From a virus (lineage: Duplodnaviria; Caudoviricetes): 64,000 nucleotides of DNA. Below the pieces are notes generated by a model that did not search any database, had not been told where the DNA came from, and saw only the letters and a program-made list of their open reading frames with translations. Location of the stretch: positions 36,969-100,968 of IMG/VR virus record IMGVR_UViG_3300037400_002350; one strand, written 5' to 3'. Positions within the stretch are counted from its first letter, which is position 1, and each line of letters begins with the position of its first letter. This document shows, piece by piece, positions 26,808 through 39,452 of the stretch. Made by a program: the position numbers and the translations under genes.

Positions 26808-27560
26808 TTACTTATTTTCTACTTGATTGATGATAGAAAGCTTGAGATCTTGGTTCTTCTTAGCATCCAGATAAGCAATTGCGTCTGCAAGCGAATCAGC
26901 GAACATCTCAGTACCATAATAATACTGTGTGCGTTCTTTACGGATCACACCCTTAGCAATAGCTTCTTCCAACAAGAATTCAGTTTCCTTAGACTTGTTG
27001 TCTACCCATTTCTCAAAGAATTCCTTAGGATTCTTATCGATGCGATTAAACAATGTAGACTCAACAACTTCGTTAGACATGTTAGATCCACCGATACCGA
27101 GAATACGCAAGCACTTGCGCATCTGATCCAAGCTGAGTTTATCAAACTCTTTAATAGCTTCACGACGGATCTTATTAATCTTGTTAGTTTCGATAGCCTC
27201 AGCTTCACGGTTAATCAACAGGTAATCCTTACCTGCATCTAGCTTATCGAGTGAAGTAGCTACACGTTTATGTCCACTAAGGAACTTAATGATCATTGCT
27301 TGGCGTGGATAAGAGTCGTCAAGAATTACGCTTCTTGAACCAACCTTAACGCAGAATGTAGTCCAGAAATCACTAGTACGTGCAAGAGTACCTTCTGCAT
27401 AACCAAGAGCTTTCTCAAAATATTTTTCATCTTCAGGTGTCAAACCTGTATAAATCGACCCAGATCTTGTATAATATGGAGCAATGTAATCAAAACATGA
27501 TTTATACTTTACCAAACCAGCCCAGGGATTCTTTTTCTTGATTTTTAATTCAACTACCAT
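26808..27560 (-). CDS. Conserved crAss structural protein downstream of the major capsid gene (portal-vertex auxiliary-like), 250 aa
   Basis: Intact TAG-free ORF directly after the major capsid gene, as in crAss-like gene order. Confidence 0.6.
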   Translation of the reverse strand: MVVELKIKKKNPWAGLVKYKSCFDYIAPYYTRSGSIYTGLTPEDEKYFEKALGYAEGTLARTSDFWTTFCVKVGSRSVILDDSYPRQAMIIKFLSGHKRVATSLDKLDAGKDYLLINREAEAIETNKINKIRREAIKEFDKLSLDQMRKCLRILGIGGSNMSNEVVESTLFNRIDKNPKEFFEKWVDNKSKETEFLLEEAIAKGVIRKERTQYYYGTEMFADSLADAIAYLDAKKNQDLKLSIINQVENK

Positions 27561-27582
27561 AATTACTTAGAGTTGTAATAGC

Positions 27583-27626
27583 GGTTTTATGCGGGGCTAC
27601 TATCTATACGTTTCACCCCGCCAAAC
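27583..27626 (-). terminator. Hairpin after the major capsid gene (attenuating terminator or mRNA stabiliser)
   Basis: GCGGGG...CCCCGC inverted repeat with flanking GGTTT/AAACC, about 20 nt past the stop codon. Confidence 0.45.
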
Positions 27627-27646
27627 CTTATTCTTTTATAGTGATA

Positions 27647-29182
27647 TTACGCACCGATCATTACGTCGCTGCTGTTTGAAATTTCTGCATCTTCTGCATC
27701 GCAGTAGAGAATACCGCAAGACAGTGGGTTACGCAGCATAATACCCATTTCACCAAGGAAGTGAACCTGGTAACCATCACGGCTGTTAGAACGCAATGTA
27801 GTGATGCTGTTAGCATATCCGTTAGGTGCTACAGAACCACCAGTGTACCACTGTACGAATTCACGACCCTTACGACAAACCTTAACAACGTTAGCCTGTC
27901 CATCACGCTGACCAAGATCAACGAAGAGGAAAGTATAAGACATGAGTGGTTTGCCTGTCAGTGGGTGAAGCTGACGGAAGAGCTCCATGTTGTCAAAGAG
28001 TGCACAACGCTTGAGAGTAAGCTCAATACCGTTAGTCATCTTGTAAGTAGTAAACTGTCCACCGAGTGTAAGGTTCTGACCTGAACCAGTTACGAATGTA
28101 GTATCGATAAGGTTGAAGCTTGCTACCTTCTCCTTCAAGATACGGTCGAACTCACGGATACCCATCTCACCAGTAAGAGCGATGAACTTACGCTCGTTAG
28201 TGCCGAGGATGTTGTAGCAGAGATCGAAGAGGTAGTCCTCAAGAAGTTCTGCAGTAAGGTGAGTATAGTAACGTACGTTTGCTGGAGCGATCTGCTCGAA
28301 CAGACCTGCACTTACAGGAACAGGACGTCCGTTAGTTCCCTTCAATGTATAAGTACCGTCAGCGTTACGGTTGCTCTTAGAGAACAGAAGCATAGTCTCT
28401 TCTCTCTTCTTCCACTCACGGAGAGCCTTCCAATACTGATAGTCAGCCCAGAGATAAGACTTCTTACCAGTCTCAGGATCTGTCAATGCAATAGCCAAAA
28501 CAGTGCTGTAAGCATCACCAGTGATATCATAGGTGAGACGTACAGTCTGAAGGTGGTTACGCATCTTGAATGGAGTCTGATAGTTGATGATATCTGCCTC
28601 ATCGCTGTACTCTTCGTAAGCAGAACCGATACGGCTTACTTGACGGCCAGGGAGAAGGAATTCACCAGGAATATAAGAACCAGAGAAACCATCAGCTACA
28701 TAGCACTCGTATACCCAAGTTGAGCCATCCTGATAAGGAACACCGTTGATACGAACCTGATAGTTTACATCATCCAATGAAAGGATTGCACCTGGACCAA
28801 ACCAACGCTCTTCACAACCAATGTAGATTGGAGAGTTGTTGAGACCTGCAGTAGCATTAGCATAGTTAGCAGCAGTGATCTCTGCCATAGATCCGTTAAC
28901 GAGACCTTTGACCCAACGAATGTTAACTGCATGATCGCTGTCGATCATTACAGACCACTCATATTCACGGTTCTCGATGATCATAGTCTTACCAAGACCA
29001 CCAGTAATAAGATCGATTGCAGTTGATACACCATCGTCCTTTGTACCAAATACTAATGACAGCAAACCAGATACCTCATGAGGTTTTGTCAGAAGTGCGT
29101 TTGAAATCATGTTTTCATCAACGAGATCGCTGAAACGACGTCCGCGATAAAGTTGAATGTTATTCAAAAAACTATTATTCAT
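27647..29182 (-). CDS. Major capsid protein (crAss-like, HK97 fold), 511 aa
   Basis: MNNSFLNNIQLYRGRRFSDLVDENMISNALL...SNSRDGYQVHFLGEMGIMLRNPLSCG resembles crAss-like major capsid proteins; size and position fit. Confidence 0.9.
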   Translation of the reverse strand: MNNSFLNNIQLYRGRRFSDLVDENMISNALLTKPHEVSGLLSLVFGTKDDGVSTAIDLITGGLGKTMIIENREYEWSVMIDSDHAVNIRWVKGLVNGSMAEITAANYANATAGLNNSPIYIGCEERWFGPGAILSLDDVNYQVRINGVPYQDGSTWVYECYVADGFSGSYIPGEFLLPGRQVSRIGSAYEEYSDEADIINYQTPFKMRNHLQTVRLTYDITGDAYSTVLAIALTDPETGKKSYLWADYQYWKALREWKKREETMLLFSKSNRNADGTYTLKGTNGRPVPVSAGLFEQIAPANVRYYTHLTAELLEDYLFDLCYNILGTNERKFIALTGEMGIREFDRILKEKVASFNLIDTTFVTGSGQNLTLGGQFTTYKMTNGIELTLKRCALFDNMELFRQLHPLTGKPLMSYTFLFVDLGQRDGQANVVKVCRKGREFVQWYTGGSVAPNGYANSITTLRSNSRDGYQVHFLGEMGIMLRNPLSCGILYCDAEDAEISNSSDVMIGA

Positions 29183-29209
29183 AATTAATTAATTGATTCA
29201 TATTAGCCA

Positions 29210-30394
29210 TCAAAGGAATTTTGACGCAATTTCCCATGCTGGACGTTGTTTTTCTTCTTGGGCATTGTAACTAGAATGATTTTTACTAGTATGCCTCAAC
29301 ATTTGTTTAAGCTTTTGTGCAGCTGTAGTCTGTCCTTGATTTTTAGCTTCTTGAATCAGTTTGTCAGCCTTCATAGTAAAATATGCAGACTCGATAAGGT
29401 TCTTTGAAAGATTTGCCTAGAAGTCTTTCTGATATTGTGACAAACCGTCTTGATCTACTTTGAAGATGTAATCAAACAATGCTTTACGATCTTCCTTAGG
29501 TATTGCCAATCCTCTGATATCAGACAGATTAGAAATAGCATTGGTCATATCGTCATAAAACTTCTTTTGATCAGCCAACTGTTTCTTTTTATATTCTTCT
29601 TGCTGATCGTGGAGCTGCTTAACTTGTTGTGCTCTAATAGCCTTAAGTCGTTGTGCAGCTTCTGTAGCTTCATCTTCAAGCATTCCTGCATCTTCATAGC
29701 GGTTGATCTTGCTATCTATTTGCTGATCTGTATAACCGCTCATCTTGAGGAAATCTCGTACAACTGCTTTTTGAGTTCCTTCGTCTTCCAGATCAAGCTT
29801 ATCATAGTTGATCTGTTGCTGCTGAGCAGCGTAGAAGTCTTCAAAATTGCCCCCGTTCTTTACATACTCATCGAGCTGTTGAATACGTTCGTCTGCGTAT
29901 TCAGGAACGGAGTTCTCTTCTACTACTTTACGCAGATAATCTGTAAGACCTTCAACCGTAACTGGTTTGTCGTCATCTTTAATATCTGCGGTATTCCAAC
30001 CAAATGATTCCGCAACAGCGTCAAACAGGGCACCTACTTGCTGTGCTTCTACGACATCAGCTTCGGTAACGTCTTCGTCTGGAGTATCTTCTGTTTCGTC
30101 CTCCTGGCCCTTGTTAGCATCTTTCATAAGGTCAGCCATCTAGTTCAACACCTCTTCTGGGATTTCACTGTCGTCATCATGTTTATCTACATTTTCGTCA
30201 GCTTTATCCTCAGGTTTGTTTTCCTCAGACTTTGTATCATCTGGTTTGTTGTTGTCATCAATATCTTCCACATCTACAAACTGATCTTGAACGTCCATGT
30301 TGGTTACGCCTCCTTCAATGTCAGCACCACCAAAACCGAGATCGTTCATAGCACTTTCAAATGCAGATGGTATATCGCTTTTCTTTTTTGCCAT
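29210..30394 (-). CDS. Acidic scaffolding-like protein upstream of the major capsid gene, 394 aa
   Basis: ORFs 30140 and 29417 join through TAG and run on to TGA 29210; very acidic N-terminus plus coiled coil. Confidence 0.7.
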
Positions 30395-30413
30395 AATTAT
30401 TTAAATAATTAAG

Positions 30414-31001
30414 TTACTCGTTGTTGTTTATATTTACATAATCATAAAAATAAACTGTATCTTTATCAAGGATCATTTCATCCGTGATCCGCGGATTATT
30501 CTTCTTAGCCCAGTTCTCAATAGAGAACCCATACTTTGTCATACTAAAGATTTCTTTAGCTGTATTTAGTTTACAAGTATAGTCTACTATATTAAACTTA
30601 CTAGGCTTAATTGTCTTCCATCCTTTCTTGATCACAATCCAATCGAGCTTTGAGTATTTACCCAACCCTTTAGATTGCTCTTCAAAAAGTTGTTCGTCTT
30701 TCTTAGAACCTTTCTCCAGCAATATTCTATAATATGCTTTTGGGAAAGTCTTCTTCATATTCTTACACAAGTCTTCCAATGTGTTAAACGAGTATGTAAA
30801 CTCTACTAACCCGTGACACATCCTCCACTTGTTCTTATCTCTAGCTACTCTAAAGTCGAAGTAGCGTACCCCATAGTCTCTATATTGTGAGAGTATGGAT
30901 ACATCTTGTGTTGCCCACATTCCATCTACCAAATTAAAGAACGGTTTCTTTATGTTGTTCTTAAGTAGAGAACATGTGCTAGTATCATGTGATGCTATCA
31001 T
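30414..31001 (-). CDS. PI-PLC X-domain-like phosphodiesterase, 195 aa
   Basis: MIASHDT...TQDVSILSQYRDYGVRYFDFRV...MCHG matches the two-His PI-PLC pattern. Confidence 0.7.
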   Translation of the reverse strand: MIASHDTSTCSLLKNNIKKPFFNLVDGMWATQDVSILSQYRDYGVRYFDFRVARDKNKWRMCHGLVEFTYSFNTLEDLCKNMKKTFPKAYYRILLEKGSKKDEQLFEEQSKGLGKYSKLDWIVIKKGWKTIKPSKFNIVDYTCKLNTAKEIFSMTKYGFSIENWAKKNNPRITDEMILDKDTVYFYDYVNINNNE

Positions 31002-31004
31002 AAA

Positions 31005-32456
31005 TCATTTTTTAAACGATGTGTTATAAATAAAATCGTAAGAAGGGTTCCAACCTAAATATCGATTCGGTGAATTTATTGGAACGTATTTCTTAAGATC
31101 TATTCCAAGCTTTTTTCTAAACTGAGCTTCTACAGACGGGGTCGGGTCATATAGAACTTGACCGAATTTTGAACGATCTTGCAAATACATTCTGTTCTAC
31201 GCATTTCCTACTATTGCACCAAACCCTGGGTGATTTTTAATCAACTGTTCTAAAGTTTCGTACATTGGATACACGTCGCTGGCATATTCTGGGTTAAACA
31301 CATAATCCATAAATCTATAATCGTCAATAGTAGGAGATTTAAAATTGGACCTTGTTAACTTAGTTTGCGCTTCTGCGTACGGTTTCCAATTTTGTTTTAT
31401 TAGATTAAATCTCCCTTGTTTTAATGTTTTTGTTCCAGACATTACATTTTCATATGCCTACTATAGTGCGTCATTTGTTATTGTACGAAACCCATTTAAA
31501 TTGGCAAACTGTAATTCTTCCGGTATGCCGCTTATCAAATATGTGTCGTTTACAGGAACTGCGACTCTTTGACCGTACACAAACGTATCCATAGGTTTTG
31601 TAGAAACTACATTTTTTCCAAGTAACCGCTTGCTAGATGTTGCTAATGTTAATGCATCATCCCAATCTCCAGAAGAATGTGATAGTACTCCCATGTCAGT
31701 AGTAACGTTTGTAATAGGAGGCGACGCCTCGCCATTTATAAAAGAGAACCTGTTTTCAGGATTTGTAAATGACACTTTGCCATTTTGAACTTCTGGTAAC
31801 GTTTTTATTTTTCTATACATTATTGGAAGTTCTACGTTTTTTCCAACTGCTTTGTTATAGAGTTTGCCGAGCCCGTATCTTATATATTGCATTGGCAACC
31901 ATTTTGATTTTGCTATAGCAGAAAGTGCTTTGTTTGTCGCCCACCCTACAGCTTCTCCTATAGGTTCTGACGCAACGTCAAACATTGGTGCGGTAACCAA
32001 TGTTTCAACTAAACCTCTAACAGCATTTCCAAATTCGTACGCATGATTAGGATCAGTTAGTTTGTGCTGATACAACCGCTACTTCTCATATTCTTCAGCA
32101 CTTGGAAGAGCATAAAATCCTGTAGCATTAAAAGTTTTTGCATCATGCAAAACTCTACGCCCATTACTATCTATAGTAGCCGCATTACCAAATCCGTCGT
32201 AATATACATAAGGATTTACCTTAGGTGCTTCTATAGTCACATCTGGAAGACGTTTTCCATAATAGGTTTCTTCAGGTGTTTTACCATCGTCATATGCAGG
32301 AACTGATTTGTAGTCCTACCAAGATAACGTTTCTTTCCACGCTCTGTAGTCGGATTCTTCTTTCATTGTAGGAGTAGCATAGCCGGAGTCGTATACTCGT
32401 TCACCGGCTTTCCACCTCTTAAACCTTTCTCTAAATTCAGTAGGATCCTTTCTCAT
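31005..32456 (-). CDS. Hypothetical protein, possibly virion-packaged, 483 aa
   Basis: Fragments 31461, 31197 and 31005 are in frame; ATG 32456 (MRKDPTEFRERFKRWKAG) lies 2 nt after the portal stop. Confidence 0.65.
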
Positions 32457-32458
32457 AA

Positions 32459-34948
32459 TTACTTCTCCCCTGATACTTTGTTACGGATTGCAGCTCTTGC
32501 TTTAATACGTTCACGTTCTTCAGCTGCCTTGTCCTTTTGTTTCTGTAACTCCATCTCATGCTGCATACGCTCACGTTCAAGCTTGATCTTCTGATCTTCT
32601 ATCTCACGCTTTTGTCTAGCTTCATAACGCTTAGTATATTCATCAGAAGCTATCTTACGCTGTTGAGTAGCGTCTTTAGCAATCTCCATAGGATCTGGTA
32701 TGCCATTCTGATTAGCATCCTTCTCTTCAGTACCACGATAAGCAGATATCTCAGCTACAGCAATCTTAGTCTGATTGTCAGCATCTATCTTATAGCGTTC
32801 AAGCTCCATCTTAGCTTCTTCAAGCATAAGTTCTTGTTCACGTTGCTCATTCTGCATTTGCTGAATCTGTATAGCCTGCTGTTGCTCAGCTTCTTGTTGC
32901 TGTCTAACAGCTTCTTCTTGACGCTCTTGCATCTCTTGAAGTTTCTGTTTAAGCAAGTTGAGATTATCTGTAGTAAGTACTTCTGCAGCTTCTAAGAGCG
33001 ATGCACCATTCTGCATAGCTGGTTGTATAAGCTGCTGCAGTTTCTGTAAGTTCTCTACGTCTTTAGTAGTATCACTTACAAACACATCCATATCTTCAAA
33101 GTAGAACTTAGGATCTATATCTAAGAAAGCACGTTCTCCGTTGTCAAATATGTATGACAACTTCTTCTTACCTGTCTGTTCCCAAGCACCTTTAGCTGTG
33201 TTTAAGAGCATGTTGAGTGCTCTACGTTTACATTGGTTGTGAGTCCAGAACAGAGGCTCTGTGATATTTGAAGATTGTACTACAGATCTCTCTACGTTGC
33301 CTACCAGCTCACGAGTGCTTATCTCACCCATTCGCTGTTCGGTAATACCTGAAATCGTACCAGCCAGCTATTCGATCTTATCCATAAGCTGTATATATTC
33401 GCCTATGACATTAGACATCGTAAGATCTAATGCTGCCATTTGGTTGAATTGTGCAGGTTTACCACCCTCGCGTCCTGGGATGTTCCAGCCTTCTTCATAA
33501 GGGTTGATGAAGTTGACACCAACTGAAGATAGATAATGTAACCATCTGTCAGGTGTAATGTTCATGGACTTAGGTATCTACGTAATATCCATGGTTACAA
33601 CTTTACCCTTATCTCTACCTATAGCAAGCTCCAGTCTATACCACAGTACTATATACATGTACTGTAAAGGCTTTAGAATACTTACGAGTGATCTAGGTTT
33701 GCTATTGGTATCACTATACACAGCTCCTGTATATGGGAGTTTCTATGAATTAGGATTGTCTATACTTACATGTTGGTACTCAAGAGGTTGTATACCGAAA
33801 TACAAATCAGTACCTGCTCTATAGCCCTCCCACACTTCTACAATCCAATCTGGCTCAACACTGAGCTCCATACCGGTCTTTTTGTAAGACTCGTCGGCTA
33901 TCTCTATTTGTGGTTGTCCTGCTTCATCGAGCATTGTGACATAGAAGATCTTCTTAAACGACTTCCAACAGCAGTGCCATACGTTTACTGCATGTCTAGT
34001 CTTCTAATCAAACATTGGATTATCGTATATACGAATATTGATGTGATTGAAGTCGTCTACTGGATCTTTATCGCCCATATCGTTAGAAGGTCTACCTGTC
34101 ATCATTTCTTCAAGTTTAGATAAATCCTTCTCAGTGAGTTTATCGTAATACCTATCGTATATCTATGTGATAGGCATCCTCATTCTTCTGCAGCACCAAC
34201 TTCCGTCTTCTATAAACTCTAAGTCTGGGCTTTTGTCGTACGAGAAGAAGAGGGGATTAACCCGCTCAAGATAGGGCTCACTGTTATTAATGCCTACATA
34301 ATAAATCTCAGTGCCAGCAATAAGGGCGTCTTTCCAACCTTTAATAAACTCGTTATCAATAGAAAGCTTCTCGCTAAGATACGCAAGAGCATGGTACGCT
34401 GTGTTTTCTACTACATCTTTATACTCCTTATTCATGTATTTAGCAATCTCTTCTGGTGGCATAATCTCACCACTTTGGAGCTGCTGCTAAAATTGTATAG
34501 CTTCTTCTTCGCCCATTCTTGCTGTGATTGAAGCCATTATGTAGTTCAATAGCATCTGCTTAGCTTTCTCTTGTAGCTCAGAAGCAGCTTCTTGTGACGT
34601 CCTAACTACGCGAAAGTTAAGAGGTCGTTTCGTTTCCTCACCGATTAGAAGATCTACTTTTGGACGAATTATGTTAAAGTCTTGCGGTGTTGCTGGGAAC
34701 CCGTCTTCAACTTTAAACGGATTTGTTATTCTCTTAAAATCCTTTTCGTCAAATATACTATTATATAAGTTGTAATATGTTTGTATCTCTCCGAATCTGG
34801 TCTTGGTCTATCCACCACCAGATGTAACATCACTCTCGCCAATTATATAATTGACACAGTCATGTTGCCATTTCTCGTCCTTCTTTTTGAGAGATACCTT
34901 TTGCTGAGGAAACGAAGAGTTATATAAGTTGTCTTCTATTCTTATCAT
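32459..34948 (-). CDS. Portal protein, 829 aa
   Basis: Four in-frame fragments joined by TAG; MIRIEDNLYNSSFPQQKV...FNIIRPKVDLLIGEE...EVWEGYRAG; coiled-coil C-terminus. Confidence 0.9.
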
Positions 34949-34966
34949 TGTTAATTAGGCTTTTAT

Positions 34967-37057
34967 TTAATTTTCAGTATATACAATAGCAATCAATGCG
35001 CCTTTAGCATTAATTGTGGTGTTTGCATCAAATGACACACAAGGGCGACCGTCATTAGTCATTTGACTGCCATCCCACGCTTTGACAGACACATTACAAT
35101 ATTGTTCAGGTTTAACTAAATCCCCATCCATAACAATTACACCAAGTAAGTTACAATTTTTAAATGCTCCAATTTTCTTGGTTGTATATTTATCACCCCA
35201 ATTTTGACCTGATGTTGATAAATCAGACATCCACCCATAAGCAACTTGTACACCAGTTGTATTAGCCCATGTTGTCAATATAGTAGTATTTGAACTAATA
35301 TCATCCCAACAACTGATTTTGTTACCATAACTACTTACATAATGGTTTATCCAAGTTCTAAATCCGGAAATTCCTTGATTAGGATTGCCATAAGAATTTG
35401 ATGTGCGTAAGAACCTTGATTGGAACGATCCTGAAGTACCGTCAGGTTTAACATAATTTACAGTCATCTTATCGGCTGTCAAATTAGAAACGTCGGTTAT
35501 ATAACTTCTATTGATGTCTGGAGTGTATTCGTTAACCGCGTCGACGCCCCAGTCTTTAGTCAAACTAGCCACAACATTTAATGTATACGATACAATTTGT
35601 GAATTATATACACTGTTTCCAGCAAATGTAGCAGATATCGTCGTGTTTCCAGCATCGTTTATCGTAACAACTCCTGTTGAAGAATTAATAGTTGCTACAG
35701 AAGCATCAGATGAAGAATACGTAACTGTCAAACTGTTTGGATTACTTAAAGTAGGAGCATCAAATGTTTCGCTAAGCAGTTGTGTTTTGGTATCAGTTGA
35801 CCAAGACAACCCTGCATTTGCTTTAGACACAGTTAGTGTGTAAGTAACTGTTTGTGCATTATAATTATCATCCCCAGCAAATGCTGCCGATATTGTAGTA
35901 GTACCTGTACCTTGTAGAGTAATCGTTCCAGTAGAACTGTCTATAGTTGCTACAGAAGTATTTGAAGACGAATACGTTACAGTCAAGTTGTTTGGGTTAG
36001 TTAATGTCGGAGCAGTAAATACATTATTTAAAGTATAGTCATAAGTACTTGAAGACCACTGTAGTCCAGTTGACCCTACATACGTGACGGCCCAATTCGT
36101 TGGTATACCATTATCTCCTGTAGTCCAGGAAGTCATTGTAGAATCTTTAACAAATGTTCCAGATGAGGCTACGTCAGCAACCCAACGATATGTACAATTA
36201 TATGCAGATATATAAGTAGCCAAACATTTAATATAATTTAATGACGTACAATCTTGGAACATACCATAATAACAATTATTTGTAAGTGTAGTTGCAGGTA
36301 ACTCAGGTGCGGTTGTTAATGATGTACAACCAACGAACATATTTGAATAACAATTACTTGCGAGTGTAGTAGCAGGGAGTGCAGGTGCTGTTGTTAATCC
36401 TGAACAACTTCGGAACATACCATAATAACAACGGTCTGCAAGTGTAGTAGCAGGTAACTCAGGTGCAGTTGTTAATAACTCACAATCAGAAAACATACCC
36501 TGATAACAACCTTCAACCAATGTTGTGGCCGGCAATATCAAATGTTGTGCATCAATCAAGTATGAATTTTCACGGAACATATACTAAAACACGTTGGTTG
36601 ATCCACTTAAGAACTATGTTTGTCCAGTAAAATTATCTCCGTATATTAAAGACATTATATTGCCACTAACACTATATCTACCAGTAGATGTAAAATGGGG
36701 CTAGATGTCTTCTGCACCCCAAGCCTCACTACCTTTTTTTATTATTACTGATTCTCCTTCATTCAACGTAGCAATTTCTCTGCCATAAGAAGACTCTACA
36801 ACTTCTGTCCATGTTTCACCATTATCTGTTGAAGCAAGTATCGAAAACGTCTAATAACCATACTCGTTATAAGACCTCAGTTGAATTTCATTATTATCAT
36901 CTAATGAAGTAATAGTAAAATAATCCAACGAATAATCGTGCGCAGGCGGTGTTACTCCTCCAGACGGCCATATTTTAGTAGCTCCATAATATATTGCACT
37001 ATATTGTACACTACCAACATAAATTCCTGTTATTGTACTTAAATCAAATCCGTTCAT
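34967..37057 (-). CDS. Fibre/adhesin-like protein with BspA-type leucine-rich repeats and two Ig-like (Big_2-type) domains, 696 aa
   Basis: ORFs 36851 and 34967 join through 4 TAGs; repeats LPATTLxxxCYxxMFxxCxxLTTAP and LTVTYSSSxxSVATIxSSTG. Confidence 0.8.
36240..36535 (-). repeat. About four tandem 72-nt (24-aa) BspA-type LRR units
   Basis: Recurring GTGTAGT(A/T)GCAGG(T/G)A segments at 72-nt spacing. Confidence 0.8.
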
Positions 37058-39450
37058 GATACTGACTATACTATATAAATTGTATTAGAATCTGGACTAG
37101 CTGGCAATGACTATACAACTTCGATTTTTAATCCTGATGTACTAGATGTAACCATACCAGTTGTACTAGGAATATCTGAGGTAGTTGCTAAAGTATATGG
37201 ACTATTTGCACTAGTTTTGTTTGGAAAAAGAAACATTAGGCTGTTGGCAGTACTAGCAGGCATCAACATTATATTAGTAGAACTGTTGTTTTGAACGTTT
37301 TTACCATTAAATACAATACTACTAGAACTATCAGAATTGATTTCTAACATTGTTGTAGTGCCAGATCCCCCAACACTTAGTTTTTGTGAAGTTATATCAC
37401 TAAGTGAAGGTTTATTTGTAAGATCTGTGTAGCTTCCAGATGTTGCAACTGTTGCAAGATCCGCACTATTTGCTTTACCGCTTATGTCCTAATGAGAAGT
37501 AAGATATCCCTATTGCTAAACCCAGGATTCTGTTGCATAACCAGTTAAATCAGTAGATGATGAACTTGCTGCATTTAAAGTTAATGTCCCATTAGAGTAA
37601 GAACCTGTCATATTAGTACCAGCAGCAATCTTTGTAAAAGCGTTGCGGGTAGTAACAGTCCATGTTCCATTACTACCAAGTTTATATACAAACACCTAAT
37701 CTCCCTATTGATTATCACTATGTGTCTATACTGAACGATAATACTAAAACTCTACTTCTGTTGGACTAGAAGCGTTATTTACATAAGCCATAAACGCTAG
37801 TCTGGTTTGTGAACCCGATGCCGGATTAGAATTAGATGATGCTCTACAATATACAACTTTATTTGCACTATAAGCTGAAATAAAATCATCCCATGTAGAA
37901 CTACCGTAGCTTAAGATAACCATTCCAGTAATATAATTAGCATCATTTGTAAGCGAACTAACATTTGTTGGGATACTTGGTTTATCTGTAAGGTCGTTGT
38001 ATGACCCTGAGAATGTAGATGTACCAGCGTTCTTTGTAAATCCCCATCCAGCAACAGTAGATTCTGTAACTGCTGCAGGTATCACTGGTTTATCTGTAAG
38101 ATCATTATAAGATCCACTTATTCCAGCAGTAGAAACTACAGGTATTGCTGGTTTGTTCTTTATATAATCTACGGCAGTGTTATCGCTCTATGTCCAGTCT
38201 GCTTGTACTTGTTGTATACCGCTAGATCCAGATCCAGCAGGTCCTTGTGGACCTTGTGGTCCTTGTGCGTGTACACCAGTATCGGTATCGCCTATGAACC
38301 AATTACCGGTAGTAGAATCGATGTGTGGAGTTATTCCATCTTGCCCATCAGCACCGTCCTGTCCGTCTTGTCCATTTGTCCCATTTGTACCGTTAGTACC
38401 AGGATCTCCTTTATCTCCTTTTGGTCCTTGTTCTCCCTAGACTCCTTGAGGTCCTTGTAGACCGGTTTCGCCTGTATCTCCTTTGTCTCCTTTATCACCC
38501 TTAGGTCCTTGTATACCATCTAGTATTTCGAATGACGCGTTTCTGTTGTCTCCAGTTCCGTAACTAAAGGTTACTGCATTACCATTCTGTGTTGTGTGTA
38601 CAATCACTACGGGGGTTATGCCGTCTTGTCCAGCAGGACCTTGTTCACCAGTATCACCTTTATCGCCCTTATCACCTTTATCGCCCTTAGGTCCAGCAGA
38701 CACTTCTATTTCTGCAATAGCTGCCTAAAGATCTGTGAGTTTGGCATATTCGTCAAGGTTAATTTCCTTATAGAATGTAACTGGGAAAGAATCACCGAAC
38801 ACCCAATTACCATCTGTTGGTATTCTAGCAATTACGTCATCTACTATATCATCCACCTGAGTCTTTGTATAGAACTGTGTAGTGTCAACAACACCAGGAG
38901 GGCCTTGTATACCCTAAGGGCCTTGTGGTCCAGCAGGACCCTAAAGACCATCTTTACCATCTTGTCCATCTTTTCCGTTTTCTCCAGCAGGTCCTTGTTC
39001 ACCTTGACGACCTCTTGGACCAATAGGCCCTCGTGGTCCAGTGTCACCTTTCGGGTAGATTACGTATACGGCAGATTTATCTATGCTATACACATCTTCC
39101 CTAACGATAGAGTTTTGTGGTATTACGGCTTCAGAGTTTGTATTGACTATTGTAAAGATTGGCTCCTTATCGTAGAACCTCCAATCTAATCCGTTGAGTT
39201 TACCGATAACTTCCAAGGTGTATTTACCTAAAGATAGACTTGGTCCGTCCCAGGTTATTTGAAGTTTGTTGTTTTCTAACACCTCAAAATCTGTTACGTC
39301 TTTGGTGCTACTTTCAACCTTATATCTAACCTTGATATCGGTACATTGTCCTAGATCGAAGTCTGTTATCTCTTCGCCATTATATTTATACGCCTTTACT
39401 TCTATGATTGTTGTAAAGTCGTTACCTTTTACTAATTTTAAGCTATTCAT
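37054..39450 (-). CDS. Collagen-like fibre protein, 798 aa
   Basis: Fragments 38941, 38437, 37744 and 37111 are in frame; several Gly-X-Y blocks and three SGSY(N/T)DLT(D/N)KP repeats; ends in TGA overlapping the next ATG. Confidence 0.85.
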
Positions 39451-39452
39451 GT

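Noticed and set aside
34967-39450. Diversity-generating retroelement or CRISPR-like repeats in the fibre genes
   Set aside because: The repeats are coding (LRR, Ig-like, collagen). I found no reverse transcriptase, adenine-variant template/variable pair or repeat-spacer array in the window.
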